Source: Poseidonia sp.
GTDB lineage: Archaea > Thermoplasmatota > Poseidoniia > Poseidoniales > Poseidoniaceae
NCBI GenBank assembly: GCA_965661285.1
Contig: CBFIDD010000001.1
Coordinates: forward strand, 276,753-340,752
Reading direction: 5' to 3'
Length of the DNA: 64,000 bases
Shown: positions 10,575 to 21,600 of the stretch, piece after piece
How the letters are laid out: each line of letters opens with the position of its first letter
Numbering within the stretch: position 1 is the first letter of the stretch
Made by a program: the position numbers and the translations under genes
Notes under the pieces: generated by a model
What the model was told of the DNA's origin: nothing
The model's input: only the letters and a program-made list of their open reading frames with translations
Databases searched by the model: none

Positions 10575-11228
10575 ATGGATTTCCTCTCGCTTTGTTTGCT
10601 CACGCTTTGGCTCTACCTTCCCGGCTTTTTGGCCAACACCTTCGCCATGATGTGGGGGAAATGGTTGCCCAAAACCGGCTACGGCCCCTGGCCCATCGAC
10701 GGGGGGCGCGTGCTTGCTGACGGCAACCGGATGTTGGGGGACGGAAAGACATGGAACGGGCTGATCGGCGGCTCCCTCACATCAGGCCTGTTGTGCATGC
10801 TTCTGGCTTCCTTGGTCAGCACGGGGGACATGGCAACCGCCTTCGATGATGGGGCAACGGTCTTTGCCCACCCCCTGACGGGTTCCGAGGGGGCGTGGTT
10901 TTCCATCGGGGGCGCCAACACCACGGCTTTTGTTCTGGGAAGCTTCCTCGGATTTGCATGTCTGGTCGGCGACAGCACGGGCTCCTTTTTCAAGCGCCGA
11001 CGAGGGCTGAAGCGAGAGGGTGACATCTCCTCCAAAGCACCGCTTTTGGACACCCTGCCCTTCGCCATCATGGTCTTCCTATGGGGCCAATTATTCCTCG
11101 GCTCATCCATTCTGGCAGCCGAGGAATTGCGCCTTCCTATGTTGGCACTGGTGGCCATCACGCCGGTGCTGCACCGTTCGTTCAACCTCATCGGGTACAA
11201 AATTGGGTGGAAAGATGTCCCCTACTGA
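10575..11228 (+). CDS. carS: CDP-archaeol synthase (CDP-2,3-bis-O-geranylgeranyl-sn-glycerol synthase)
   Basis: P..AN, PIDGG, LGDGKTW, GD..GSFFKRR.G, LD.L.F and K.VPY motifs of the DUF46/CarS family. Confidence 0.9.
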   Translation: MDFLSLCLLTLWLYLPGFLANTFAMMWGKWLPKTGYGPWPIDGGRVLADGNRMLGDGKTWNGLIGGSLTSGLLCMLLASLVSTGDMATAFDDGATVFAHPLTGSEGAWFSIGGANTTAFVLGSFLGFACLVGDSTGSFFKRRRGLKREGDISSKAPLLDTLPFAIMVFLWGQLFLGSSILAAEELRLPMLALVAITPVLHRSFNLIGYKIGWKDVPY

Positions 11229-11277
11229 ACCTGGACTTAGGACCGAAGCGAACCGCTATGAAGACGGGCCTAACCCG

Positions 11278-12702
11278 ATGGTCATGAGCATGCGAGGCCA
11301 AGCGGTTTCTCGGGCGTTTTTGCTTGGCTTGTTGATGGTGGTTGCGCCGCTCTCAGGGTGCATCGGAGAAGGCGAAACCGCCTCGACCGTTGACCTTGAT
11401 GCAGCCCTCACCATCGACGGTTCGTCTCCGCAAGACGCCCAAGTTCGAGCAGGCGAATGGCACGATGTGCTTCTCCTGGGCGAGGATCTGCGCCTCTCGG
11501 CCCCCGCCCACGATGTGCTCTTGTTTGTTGATGGCGTCATCGACATCGACAGTTCTGTCCCTGTAGATGGTGACCGTGTGCTCGTCCAGATGTTGACCAC
11601 GCCCTACACCGAATTTGTTGAACTGGTCGTGTGGCACAAGGATGGAACAAAATCGGTGTTCAACCGCACGGTGAGCAACGGCACCCCCATTCTTGCGGGT
11701 GAGGCGTGGTACGAAAAGATGGATTACATCACCTGCGACACACCTTCGGACGATTGCGGTGCGTACAACGGACGATGGATGGGAAGTCCAAACCCCCAAT
11801 TCGAACGTGCTGCATCGTATTTCCAAGGCCACTTTGAGGGGCTTGGCTATGAGACTCACCTGATGCGTGTGGTCGACCACCTCAACCCGAGTCAGCCTGA
11901 ATCGCTCAATGTCATTGCGTGGAAGCGTGGCACCTCGGACGATTGCGTGCAGGGCATGGGCTCGCACATGGACATCGCTCCCCCCGGAGGCCCTCCCGGC
12001 GGTGGAACCGCCGAAGGTGCTTACGACAACACCGCCGGCACGGTGGTCATGATGCTCTACGCACAGGCACTGGTTGACATTGAAGTGGAGTGCGACACCT
12101 TCCTCGGCTTGTGGTCCTCCGAAGAAGAAGGACTACGAGGCTCCAACGCGTTTGCCAACAACGATTGTGAGGCGTGTTTGCCTCAGGACAAAGAACTCCG
12201 ATTTTACATCAACATGGACATGATGGGCATCTCATGGCCCGCCCACAAAGAAAACGGCGACCCCTTCCCCTATCACGCATGGTCCGGCCCCGACATCGAC
12301 CCAGAAGTGCAGGATGTTGAAATTACCAGCATCGTTGACCACGTGCATCGAAACGTGCTCAACGCACCCATGGACCTGCGCATCGACGGGACCTACGGAG
12401 CGGGTTGCGACAACCACTGGGAGGAACACAGCGACTTGGTCATGGACGTGCATGAGGACAGTTTCGGTCGGTCCGACCACGTCACCTTCCGTAACCTTGG
12501 CGCACAGACCATTTTCCACCTGGGAGCCTACGACGACGATTACTCGGCCTACCACTCGCCTCAAGACACGTTGGAAAACATGGTCGCAGTGGTCGGTGGG
12601 CAAGAAAACCTCGAGGAAAGTTTGGAATTTGTCATGTGGGCGGCGTTCCTTGAGTTCATTTTCGCCGACCAAACTCCCGAAATTCGAAACGTCAACGCCT
12701 GA
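11278..12702 (+). CDS. M28 family Zn-peptidase, probable lipoprotein
   Basis: Lipobox-like LSGC; SHMD, GAYDNTAG, EEEGLRGS, NMDM, SDH, YHS..D motifs; start moved from 11020 to avoid overlapping carS. Confidence 0.88.
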   Translation: MVMSMRGQAVSRAFLLGLLMVVAPLSGCIGEGETASTVDLDAALTIDGSSPQDAQVRAGEWHDVLLLGEDLRLSAPAHDVLLFVDGVIDIDSSVPVDGDRVLVQMLTTPYTEFVELVVWHKDGTKSVFNRTVSNGTPILAGEAWYEKMDYITCDTPSDDCGAYNGRWMGSPNPQFERAASYFQGHFEGLGYETHLMRVVDHLNPSQPESLNVIAWKRGTSDDCVQGMGSHMDIAPPGGPPGGGTAEGAYDNTAGTVVMMLYAQALVDIEVECDTFLGLWSSEEEGLRGSNAFANNDCEACLPQDKELRFYINMDMMGISWPAHKENGDPFPYHAWSGPDIDPEVQDVEITSIVDHVHRNVLNAPMDLRIDGTYGAGCDNHWEEHSDLVMDVHEDSFGRSDHVTFRNLGAQTIFHLGAYDDDYSAYHSPQDTLENMVAVVGGQENLEESLEFVMWAAFLEFIFADQTPEIRNVNA

Positions 12703-12746
12703 GGGTTTGAACGAAACTTCTTGTAGAACATAACACAAGTTGCCGT

Positions 12747-14402
12747 GTGGATGTCTACGGGGCGTCGAGTTCTGATGAGACGGTTTCACCGTCATGGCTT
12801 AAGCACCCCGCTTTGGCCATTGGTGTCGGGTTTCTCCTGGCCTTTGGCGAGATGATCGTCCGTTTGCTCAGTGGTAAGAATACAGTGGACGCCATTTGGC
12901 CCCACGCTGTTCGTTCGCTGGAATGGACCATGACACTGCGCAACGCTCCAACACTGACGCTGACCTTCATGTTCATCGTGGCTGGGGCAGCCTACGCCTT
13001 ACGAAAAGCCATCACACGGCATGAGCGCCAACCGGGTTGGACGCTGTTCCCTCTCGCTTGTGTGGGTTTCCTGCTCGGGCTCATCTCGCTTCACGTTCTG
13101 ATGGATGTCTTCTACCTTCGAGGTGCGTTTCTTCTTCTCCCGACGCTCATGGGGTGGACGTTGGCCTGCTTGCTCGTGGGGCTTTGGGGACCTCCGGTCT
13201 TGCGCCGTTCGGGCGAATCTAAGGTGGCCCCCGCTCGGGTGGTCCACATGCTCGGCGTGTTTTTCGCAGCCTGGCTCGTTATGCCGGGTGTCCCGGCCGT
13301 CGTCGGCTTTGCACCCGCACCCCCGGCAACTCCCTCGATGGGCTACGGCTCCTTCCCCGGACCCTTCACGGTGGAACAATACCGCTCGCCCTACACGCTT
13401 CCTGACGAGGTGCTTGCGGTTCAGGGCGATTTGGAGGACGATGTGGAATTTAGCGTGTACATCACCCTGCCCAACCTTCCCGAAGACATCACCTTCAGCA
13501 GCATGCCGTTGGCGGTTCTCCTCCACGGATTTGGCTATCCTGATGTTGACGCCTACCAGGATTGGATCAATCACCTTGCTGGAAAAGGGATGGCGGTCGC
13601 CTTCATTCAATACCCCTCCGACCTTCGTCCAGAAGGGCATGAAACGCACGAAGCCACCTACGACCAAGGCATGACGGATTACCTGCAACACGTCCAACGA
13701 GACCTTGCGATTCGAGCTGCCCTTGACCATCTGGATGCGATTCTGCTTCAACCAGAGCGAGAACCCCAGCTGGAAGAACACCTCGGTCAGCGCCATGTTG
13801 ACCCGTCGGTGCTGTGGGCAGGCGGCCACAGCCTGGGTGCTGCTTACACATTCATCACGCTCGACGATGTGCTGAAACATGGATGGGGCAGTCGCGCTCT
13901 CGTGGTTGCCCTCGAATCGCCTGCACATCGCCCCATGCAGCCTCATCTCCACCCTGACCTCTCCCAACTTCCCAACGAGACACTGGTCCAAATCGGAATT
14001 CCGGAAGACGACATGACCGTGGGTGTCTGCCCCGGAGCGTTCCACCAACAACTCTTTTCTTCGCTCCCCGAAGAGCGCAACCAACTTCTCGAAATTCAAT
14101 CCGACCTCTACGGGTTCCCACGACTGGTCGCTAGCCACTACCTCCAAACCGACCCGGCCCACGACACCCTCTCCGATTGGAGTTTTTACCGACGCGTCGA
14201 CGCCCAAGCGGATTACCTGGTCGCCATGGGGCGAGAAGACACCTTTACGGCCGATTGGGCCTATCAGTATCTGACGGACGAAACCATGCTGACCGACATG
14301 GGAGCGTGGTCCGACGGCACGCCCGTGTTGCCGCTGATTTGGCACACCAACGCCATTGAGGAAGTCTCTGCGTTCCAGGACTGCCTTGCGAACACAACTT
14401 GA
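12747..14402 (+). CDS. Membrane-anchored alpha/beta hydrolase (esterase/lipase-like)
   Basis: N-terminal TM helices; HGFG oxyanion loop; GHSLG nucleophile elbow. Confidence 0.8.
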   Translation: MDVYGASSSDETVSPSWLKHPALAIGVGFLLAFGEMIVRLLSGKNTVDAIWPHAVRSLEWTMTLRNAPTLTLTFMFIVAGAAYALRKAITRHERQPGWTLFPLACVGFLLGLISLHVLMDVFYLRGAFLLLPTLMGWTLACLLVGLWGPPVLRRSGESKVAPARVVHMLGVFFAAWLVMPGVPAVVGFAPAPPATPSMGYGSFPGPFTVEQYRSPYTLPDEVLAVQGDLEDDVEFSVYITLPNLPEDITFSSMPLAVLLHGFGYPDVDAYQDWINHLAGKGMAVAFIQYPSDLRPEGHETHEATYDQGMTDYLQHVQRDLAIRAALDHLDAILLQPEREPQLEEHLGQRHVDPSVLWAGGHSLGAAYTFITLDDVLKHGWGSRALVVALESPAHRPMQPHLHPDLSQLPNETLVQIGIPEDDMTVGVCPGAFHQQLFSSLPEERNQLLEIQSDLYGFPRLVASHYLQTDPAHDTLSDWSFYRRVDAQADYLVAMGREDTFTADWAYQYLTDETMLTDMGAWSDGTPVLPLIWHTNAIEEVSAFQDCLANTT

Positions 14403-14427
14403 AAAGGAATACAAGAGATTTGTAACC

Positions 14428-14853
14428 ATGGCGGAAGCCCATGTTACCAACGATGTCAAATCGTTGTGGAAGTGGATAGGGGGATCGGCTTTCCTCGCCT
14501 CCATGTGTTGCTTCCCAAGCGTCGTTCTCGTCCTCTTTGGGCTTGCCAGCGTTTCAAGCGCAGCAGCCCTGTCAAACGATTTGTATTGGGGGACCAACGG
14601 TATGTGGTGGTTCCGACCGCTTTTGACGGCGCTCAGCGCAGGTCTTGTCGCCCTCGGCCTGTTCATTTATTTCCGAAACCAAGGCATCTGCTCACTTGAC
14701 GAGGCAAAACGCCAGCGAAAGCGGATTGTCAACACGTCGTTGGTCGTGTTCCTGTTGTCAACCATCACGTACATCGTGTTCAATTTCGTCGTGTTGACCG
14801 AACTCGGTGTGGCCCTTGACCTGCCGTGGGAGAGCAGCCGATTGTGGAATTGA
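14428..14853 (+). CDS. MerT/MerF-like small heavy-metal transporter
   Basis: ASMCCFP Cys pair in TM1, 'FRP' before TM2, loop Cys (GICSL), 3 TM. Confidence 0.6.
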   Translation: MAEAHVTNDVKSLWKWIGGSAFLASMCCFPSVVLVLFGLASVSSAAALSNDLYWGTNGMWWFRPLLTALSAGLVALGLFIYFRNQGICSLDEAKRQRKRIVNTSLVVFLLSTITYIVFNFVVLTELGVALDLPWESSRLWN

Positions 14854-14854
14854 T

Positions 14855-15625
14855 TCAGGCACCGCTTCGTTGGGTTTTACACCCAACACCCCAATCCGGC
14901 TCGGCCTCCATCGCCCTGCGTGTTTGTTCGAGAAGCACGTCCTCGGGCGTCGGTGAGGTAGGGGTTGCGGACGTGTACGCCAGCGATAAATGATAACCGC
15001 TTTCCGTCCAATATTGCAATTGGATTTTTGATTTTTCAATTGAAATTTGGTCGGTTTCATTCTCAATTGGAATTTCAATTTCCCGGGGGTTGAGGTGCAT
15101 CCCTTGGCCCAGACATTTTTGCACCGCTTCCTTCCCCGTCCACAAACGGAAAACATGCTCCGGTGCTTTGCGAAGGCGCTCGAGTTCGCTGCCTTTGGCC
15201 ATCATATCGAAGGCGTTCTCTGCGAGGGTTCGGTCAACGGGTTCTGCATCAAGTCCCACCCGAAGAGCAGGGGGTGCGAGGGCGACAAACGCCATGCCGT
15301 CACTGTGAGAAATCGAAACATTCGGTAGCGGCGTTCGTCTCCAAACACCTTGAATGAAATGGATGGAAGGTGCCCTGAACTCGTCCCTTCGTACTTCCAG
15401 CACCGAGAGGTCGCCCACGCCCCACCATTCGAGCGCCTCTCCCAAGAGGCGGCGGCCCGTCAAGTGTTCACAACGACGCTTTCCGGTGACGAACGTCTGA
15501 ACCTCGCTCGCCTGTGCAAGAGGAACCTCCGCAAGGTTCCAGTCCCGCACGGGCATGACAAACACCTCCACCTTTCCATCGGGAGGCGTGAGCCGTTGAA
15601 TCCCCACGCCAGACCCCTCGCTCAT
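14855..15625 (-). CDS. 4'-phosphopantetheinyl transferase (Sfp-type)
   Basis: SISHS, VGLDAE and WTGKEAVQK motifs; ATGA overlap with the megasynthase stop codon. Confidence 0.92.
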   Translation of the reverse strand: MSEGSGVGIQRLTPPDGKVEVFVMPVRDWNLAEVPLAQASEVQTFVTGKRRCEHLTGRRLLGEALEWWGVGDLSVLEVRRDEFRAPSIHFIQGVWRRTPLPNVSISHSDGMAFVALAPPALRVGLDAEPVDRTLAENAFDMMAKGSELERLRKAPEHVFRLWTGKEAVQKCLGQGMHLNPREIEIPIENETDQISIEKSKIQLQYWTESGYHLSLAYTSATPTSPTPEDVLLEQTRRAMEAEPDWGVGCKTQRSGA

Positions 15626-18600
15626 CGCTCCAGTGAAAACCGTTGGTTGTCATCAACCGTAGCCATGGCTTTGAGTTGCAACCCTTTGAGGGCCAACACA
15701 GGAGCATCGTCCTCACCGACGATAACAACGTCGTGAACGGTGATGCCATCACCCGGGGCGCCAACTTGGAGGCTTCGCAACCGAAGCGTTTCATCAGCAT
15801 CGGGAACCCTCAGCATGGTCGACCAGGCGATACCCACGGGAAGGCTGCTGTAGCCAAGCAGTTCCATGGCCACGAGGCCTGCGTTCTGGAAGCCAGCTTC
15901 GATCAGCATCGGGAGCGCTTCGAGCAACACCTGCTCACCGTCAGATTCCAAGGCAAACTGGTCTGTTTCGGGGAGTTGATGTCGCATCAACGCCAGCCCG
16001 TCAATACCTTGTCGGCCTTCATCACCAACGCCTCGAAGCACACCTCCGTGAGATTGGAAGCGTGGGCCGTGGAAGTACCGGTCGTAGATGAAGGAGGCGG
16101 GATGGAGCACATCGCCCGATGGAGGTGTGCCCGTTTCGGGTAATTCATCGACTTCACCTTGCAAGAACGGCCGCAGGTCTTCGTGCTTCTCGATAAGACG
16201 AACAAGCGCCGAGTGGTGTTCTCGCTCGCCGAACACTTCGCCCTTTGAGTTGGCCAAATCTGACACCAAACGACAACGCACCCATGTAAGGTCGCCTTCG
16301 GAGCGTTCGATATTGACCTCAACACGAACCGTCATCGGGCCTTTCAGAAGTTTGACGGGCAGCCCAAAGCTGACCTCTTCAAAACCAGCTAAACATGTGG
16401 TGGGGAGGAGAAGCAGCGAGGATTGGGCAAACATTTCGAGGGCCATCACGCCAGGGTGGTAAGGGACGCCCTCAATGGCATGGTCGGTCAAGAAAGGATG
16501 GTCCTCCTCCGAAAGGGTGGTCTGGGTGACCATGTGCTGGTGTTCTTCCAAGGCCACGACCTTGTCGACGAACGGGAACCGTGTGGGGTCAGCGATGGTG
16601 GCGGCCATGCTCGGAGGCAACTTCAGCGGTGCTTCTCGGAACGAATCAAAGCGGTCCATCACGCCCAGCGTACCGCACCCAAGCACCCTGCGTTTTCCAC
16701 CCTGAAGGGCTTCGGCAACGAAGAGGGCCACGCCGTCCTCAACGGCGAGCGTCTCAATACCTGCAGCAGCGAAGACCGCTTCAATGGAGCCTCGGGTGGC
16801 CATGCCAACATCGCGCCAACCCGTCCAACCGATGGCCACCGCCCTGCAGGCCGTGGTCGCCGTCAGGCGTGCCATTTCAGCATCCAGGACCGAGTTGGCG
16901 GCAGCGTAGTCTGTTTGTCCGCCGTTTCCAAACCGACCGGCCACGCTGGTGAAACAGCAAGCGAAGTCGGGAACGTCCCGTCCCGAAGCCTGAACGGCCG
17001 ACATCAAAGCCCGCCAACCGTCAATCTTCACCCGAACAACCCGATCGAACACCTCGTAGGCTTTGTCGGCAACGAGCTTTGAGTCTTCCAAACCTGCGCC
17101 GTGAACGATTCCGGTGATGGGGCGTCCAAGCGACGCCCCAAGTTGTGCAAGGCCTTCGTGGTCCATCACGTCGATGGAGTGGTAGGTAGCCTGATTGCCG
17201 GTTTGAACGATGGCGTCCAGCGTGAGATAGACATCGCGACTGCGAGTAAAGCGTTGCCACGCAGTATTCCATTCCACCATGGTGACCTTTCCGGTTTCAC
17301 TGGCCTCGATGAGGCGCTCACGCAGGGCGTTCTTCTCCTCAGCGAGTTGGTCTTCGGTCCAGCCAATCCAATCGGCGGTCGATTCGATAAGGGTTGAGCG
17401 ACCAAGCAACTCGAAGTGCGCTCCGGCCTTTGGACTCGCTTGAGCGACGCCGATGATGGACGCAGCCGTCACACCAGAGCCACCGCCGGACACCAACCAC
17501 GTATCTTCGGCTGTCAACGGTTGGACCTCCTCCACAACGTCCTCTGCGAAAGCGACCAGCGACCAGCGGCGTCCGTCTCGGTCAAGACCAATCTCGACTT
17601 CTCCCGCAAGACCGAGCAGGTCCTTTTCGATGCGCTGTGCAGCATCGTCGGCCTCCAAAACAAAGTCAGGATGAAGGTCCAGCGCACGACAACGAAGGTC
17701 GGGACGCTCGAAGGCATACGACTTCGTGATGCCGCTGGCGGCACATTGGATCGCATTGAAGCGGTCGCCCTTGTTTCCGTGCCGTCCGTCGAGAGAAGAA
17801 ACAGAGGCGATAAAGCCGGAGGAATCAGTTGGGATGCTCTGGCCCAATTCCTTGAGAAGGCCAAACCAGCCCTGGGCTGCGAGCGCGATTTGAGAGGATG
17901 GATAGGTGTCTTCGGACCACTGCTCTGATGCGAGTTTCATCGGCGCCATGTGAACCAGGCCTGCAAGGCGAACGCCGGCGAGTTGGGTTGCAATCCAAGC
18001 CAAATGCTCGGGTTGTTCGGGGTCGGCTCGGAACACGGTGCGACCGGCTTCTTCCTGACGAGATGCATCGCGAATGCGGCTCTCAAAGCCAATGCGAACA
18101 GCGCTCAAACCTCGCGCCTCCATGCGCTGACAAAAGGCTTCAGCGATGCCCCAGCCGTCGTCAGACACGACCACCGTGCCTTCGGGATGCAGCGGAGCGG
18201 CCACACCCGGACATCCTTCTATTTCCACTTGCCATCGGCGAGGACCCTCTGCGTGGGTCGAGGACGAGACGGGGGCAGAGATTTCGGCCACCTCATCAGC
18301 AACCTCAACCTCAGGTGCCTTTGGCGTCGGGCTTCCGCCCTGCATCTTCACGATGTAGGCGGTGAAGTGGTTCAGCGTCGGATGGTCTGCGAGCACAAAG
18401 TCTTCGTCAACGGGCAGCGAGAAGCGGTCCCTGATTTCGGCCATGATCTCGGCTTGTTTGACCGTATCAATGCCCAGTTCACCCTCGAGATCCTGGTCCA
18501 ATTCGATGAAATCCGCTGGGTAGCCTGTGTGGTCGACGACGACCGAAACGAGCACACCTTCGATTTCGGGGTGCGATTGGTTGGCCGCTGTGGAAGGCGA

Positions 18601-21600
18601 TGGTGCGGTGGGCGCAGGCGTCGGGGCGGGCGTTGCGGGGGCTGGTGCTGGAGGAGTGGCTCTAGTCGCTGTTTGAGCGGCAGCACCGCCCTGCATGCGC
18701 TGGATGTAGCCAATCATGTGATTCAGTGTCGGGTGGTCGGCCAGGACGAAGTCCTCGTCAACGGGCAGACTGAATTTGTCGCGAATATCAGCCATGATTT
18801 CGGCTTGCTTGACGGTATCAATACCCAATTCGCCCTCGAGGTCCTGGTCGAGTTCAATGAAATCAGCGGGGTAGCCCGTGTGATCAACGACCACGGCGAC
18901 GACCGTGGCGGTCATCTCGGCATCGTCAAGCGGAGCGGCAGGAGCAGAAGCTGCGGGGGCTGATGCTGGAGCTTGAGCCGAAACGGGTTCGGGGACGGCC
19001 AGTGCAGCGACTTCTGCGGGGGTTGATGGTGCGGGCTCGCCACTCGTCATGCGTTGAATGTAGCCGATCATATGGTTGAGGGTGGGGTAGTCGGCGAGCA
19101 CGAAATCCTCGTCGATGGGGAGTCCAAACCTGTCGCGTATGTCAGCCATAATTTCGGCTTGCTTCACCGTATCAATGCCCAATTCGCCCTCAAGGTCTTG
19201 GTCGAGTTCAACAAAGTCAGCCGGATATCCGGTGTGGTTGACCACCACGTCGATCACGGTGGCGACCATGTTCTCGTCGTTCACGACAGTTGGGGCAGCA
19301 GCGGGTACAGCGGGTGCAGCGGGTGCTGCAGGAGCGAGCGAGGATTCCACCGGCGCGGCCGTTGGTGCTGGTTCCGGCTTCGGGGAAGGCTGCATTGGTT
19401 GAGGGGTGGACACTGAGGGCTTGCCCTCCCACGGTGCTGTGTACGGCCATGGCTCGCCTTGGATGCCACCGTGGAGGTTGTTCTCTCCGTCGACATATGC
19501 CACGAGTTTGTTCTGGAGAACCCGCATGACCACATCGTCCGTGCCCGCAAGTCCTCTGGCCCAAGCGAGTAAGCGAGCACCGTCGATACGCTCGCCTTCC
19601 ACTGGCCATCTTCGCATCAACGACAAAGCGATTTGTGAACCAAAGCCAGCTGCAAAGCGCAAACCGTATTCCAATTCGGGATAGTCGCCTCCGGTGGAAA
19701 GGTTGAGGTCGCCCAATTCAGGGTCCTTTTCCTTGTGGTTGGCGATGGGGGGAATGCGTCGTGTCTTCAGGCCGTAGAACATGCTGGCATCTTCGATACC
19801 AACCGCCATCGGATGGCCGGTGAAGCCTTTCGTATTGGCAATCACCAATTTGTTGGTCGATTCACCAAAGGTGTCGCGCAGCGCCTTGACCTCGGATTGG
19901 GCCGAACCGCCACGGGCCGGCGTGTAGGTTTCGTGGGAGAAGAAGACCGTGTTCGGGGCCATGGCGTGTCGGTCAAGCCCCCAGCGTCGCTCCATATCGG
20001 TGATGAAGCTGTTGACCACCTGGCCCACGTGCTCCACATCCAAGCGCGTGCCGTGGTAGGCAGAATTGGCGGTGGTGGAACCGAGGAACTCAGCGATGGG
20101 TTGCACGCCACGCTGTTGGGCCTCTGAGTTGCGCTCCACGACAAAGGCGGCTGCACCCATGCCCAAAATGAGCCCGTTTCGACGGCGATCAAAGGGCAGG
20201 GCGGTTTCTTCGACGACGTTGTTGGTCGCTGCGGCACCCGAGGCGGCAAAGCCGCCAGCGATCCACTCCCAAAGGTCGTCGCCCGTCACATCGTCACCGC
20301 TGATGATGACCACGCGGTCAACCCGGCCGGCGTCAAGCCAGTCCTCTGCAACACCAAAAGCAGCGGTTGCTGAGGCACATGCGAGGTTGATGGTGGTGTT
20401 TGGTCCTCGAATACCGGTGTATTGTGCGAACTGAGAATGGCCCATGTTCAGCGTTTGGAACAGGTAGCGTCGGTCGAACCGACCCTCACCGTCATCGCCG
20501 TTGGTCTTGGCGTGTTTGGACGCCATCTGAAGGCCGGGGAAACAGGATGAGAAGACGATGCCCGTGCGCTCTCGTTGGATTTGAGGCACCTGCCAGTTGC
20601 GAATCAGGCGGAGTCCACCCTTTCCGATTTGTTCAACCGGCGTCAGCGGAATACCTGCGTCTCGCAGCGCCAGCAAACCAGCAGCCACCGCCAGTTGGGT
20701 ACTGATATCCCACGCCACGATGGCTTTCGGGTCAATACCAAATTCTTCGGCGAGGTCAAAGGCACCCTTCAGCCCTGCAAGCTGAGGGATGTCACCAAAC
20801 ACGGTGGCTTGGTCCATGTTGACCGAGCCATCTCTGCCCTTGATGAGGCGAACGATGTTTTTGTCCAAGAGACGCTGCTTGTATTCGTCCGAAACTTCGC
20901 TGATGCAGGTCTCGCCTCGAACCAGTTTCTCAAAGGCGTCTTCCGAGAAGACCCGGTCCATACCGGGCAAACCGAGCGAAACACCGGTGACCACGTACGG
21001 GTCAGCATCCCGCCTCGTGCCCTGTTGAAGCATCGAGACGGTGGAGACCGGCGCCACCTTGAGATTGGAGGGGGCTGAAACCGAGGTCATCGGCGACCAG
21101 GAGGAGGGCGGTGTGCGAACCCAGCGAGCGAGGTCTCCAGCCGTTTGGGCGGCGGTCCCATCAAACTCAGGGTCGATTTCTGCCTCCGAAGCGATGGTGG
21201 CCACGACCCGTTGGACTTCGTCGGCGGTGAGGCCCAAACCCGCTGTGAGCGATACCTGGCCGTGACAAAAGGAGGCAGGATAGCCGCTGTGAGCCGCGAT
21301 TCGGTCGCCGACATAGGCCCTGATGGCGCGGTCGAGTGCAAACTGTGAATCCATCGGGCCGGTATGGACGGTCGCTGCTGGTGCGACTGGGGTCGGGCTT
21401 GCCCCACTTCCAGGCAACGGTCGTGCCCGGGTGCGCAGGGATTCCTGTGCGGCACTGGAGGATGAGGAGGAGAGAGGAGCAGCCTGGCGGGCTTCAAGCG
21501 GTCCCGCCTTGAAAGCGTCCTGGAGCGCATCCGAATCAAGCGAAGGCCAAGATGGAGGGCGACCGGCGAGCGCCAAGGCACCAAGAGCCGTCATGAAACT

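Noticed and set aside
10361-10720. 119-aa ORF across the tRNA
   Set aside because: Overlaps tRNA-Gly and carS; no protein features
11020-11277. N-terminal ORF extensions from the six-frame track (also 26470-26808, 56625-56825, 61047-61136)
   Set aside because: They overlap neighbouring genes; downstream starts fit the signal peptides and family N-termini better
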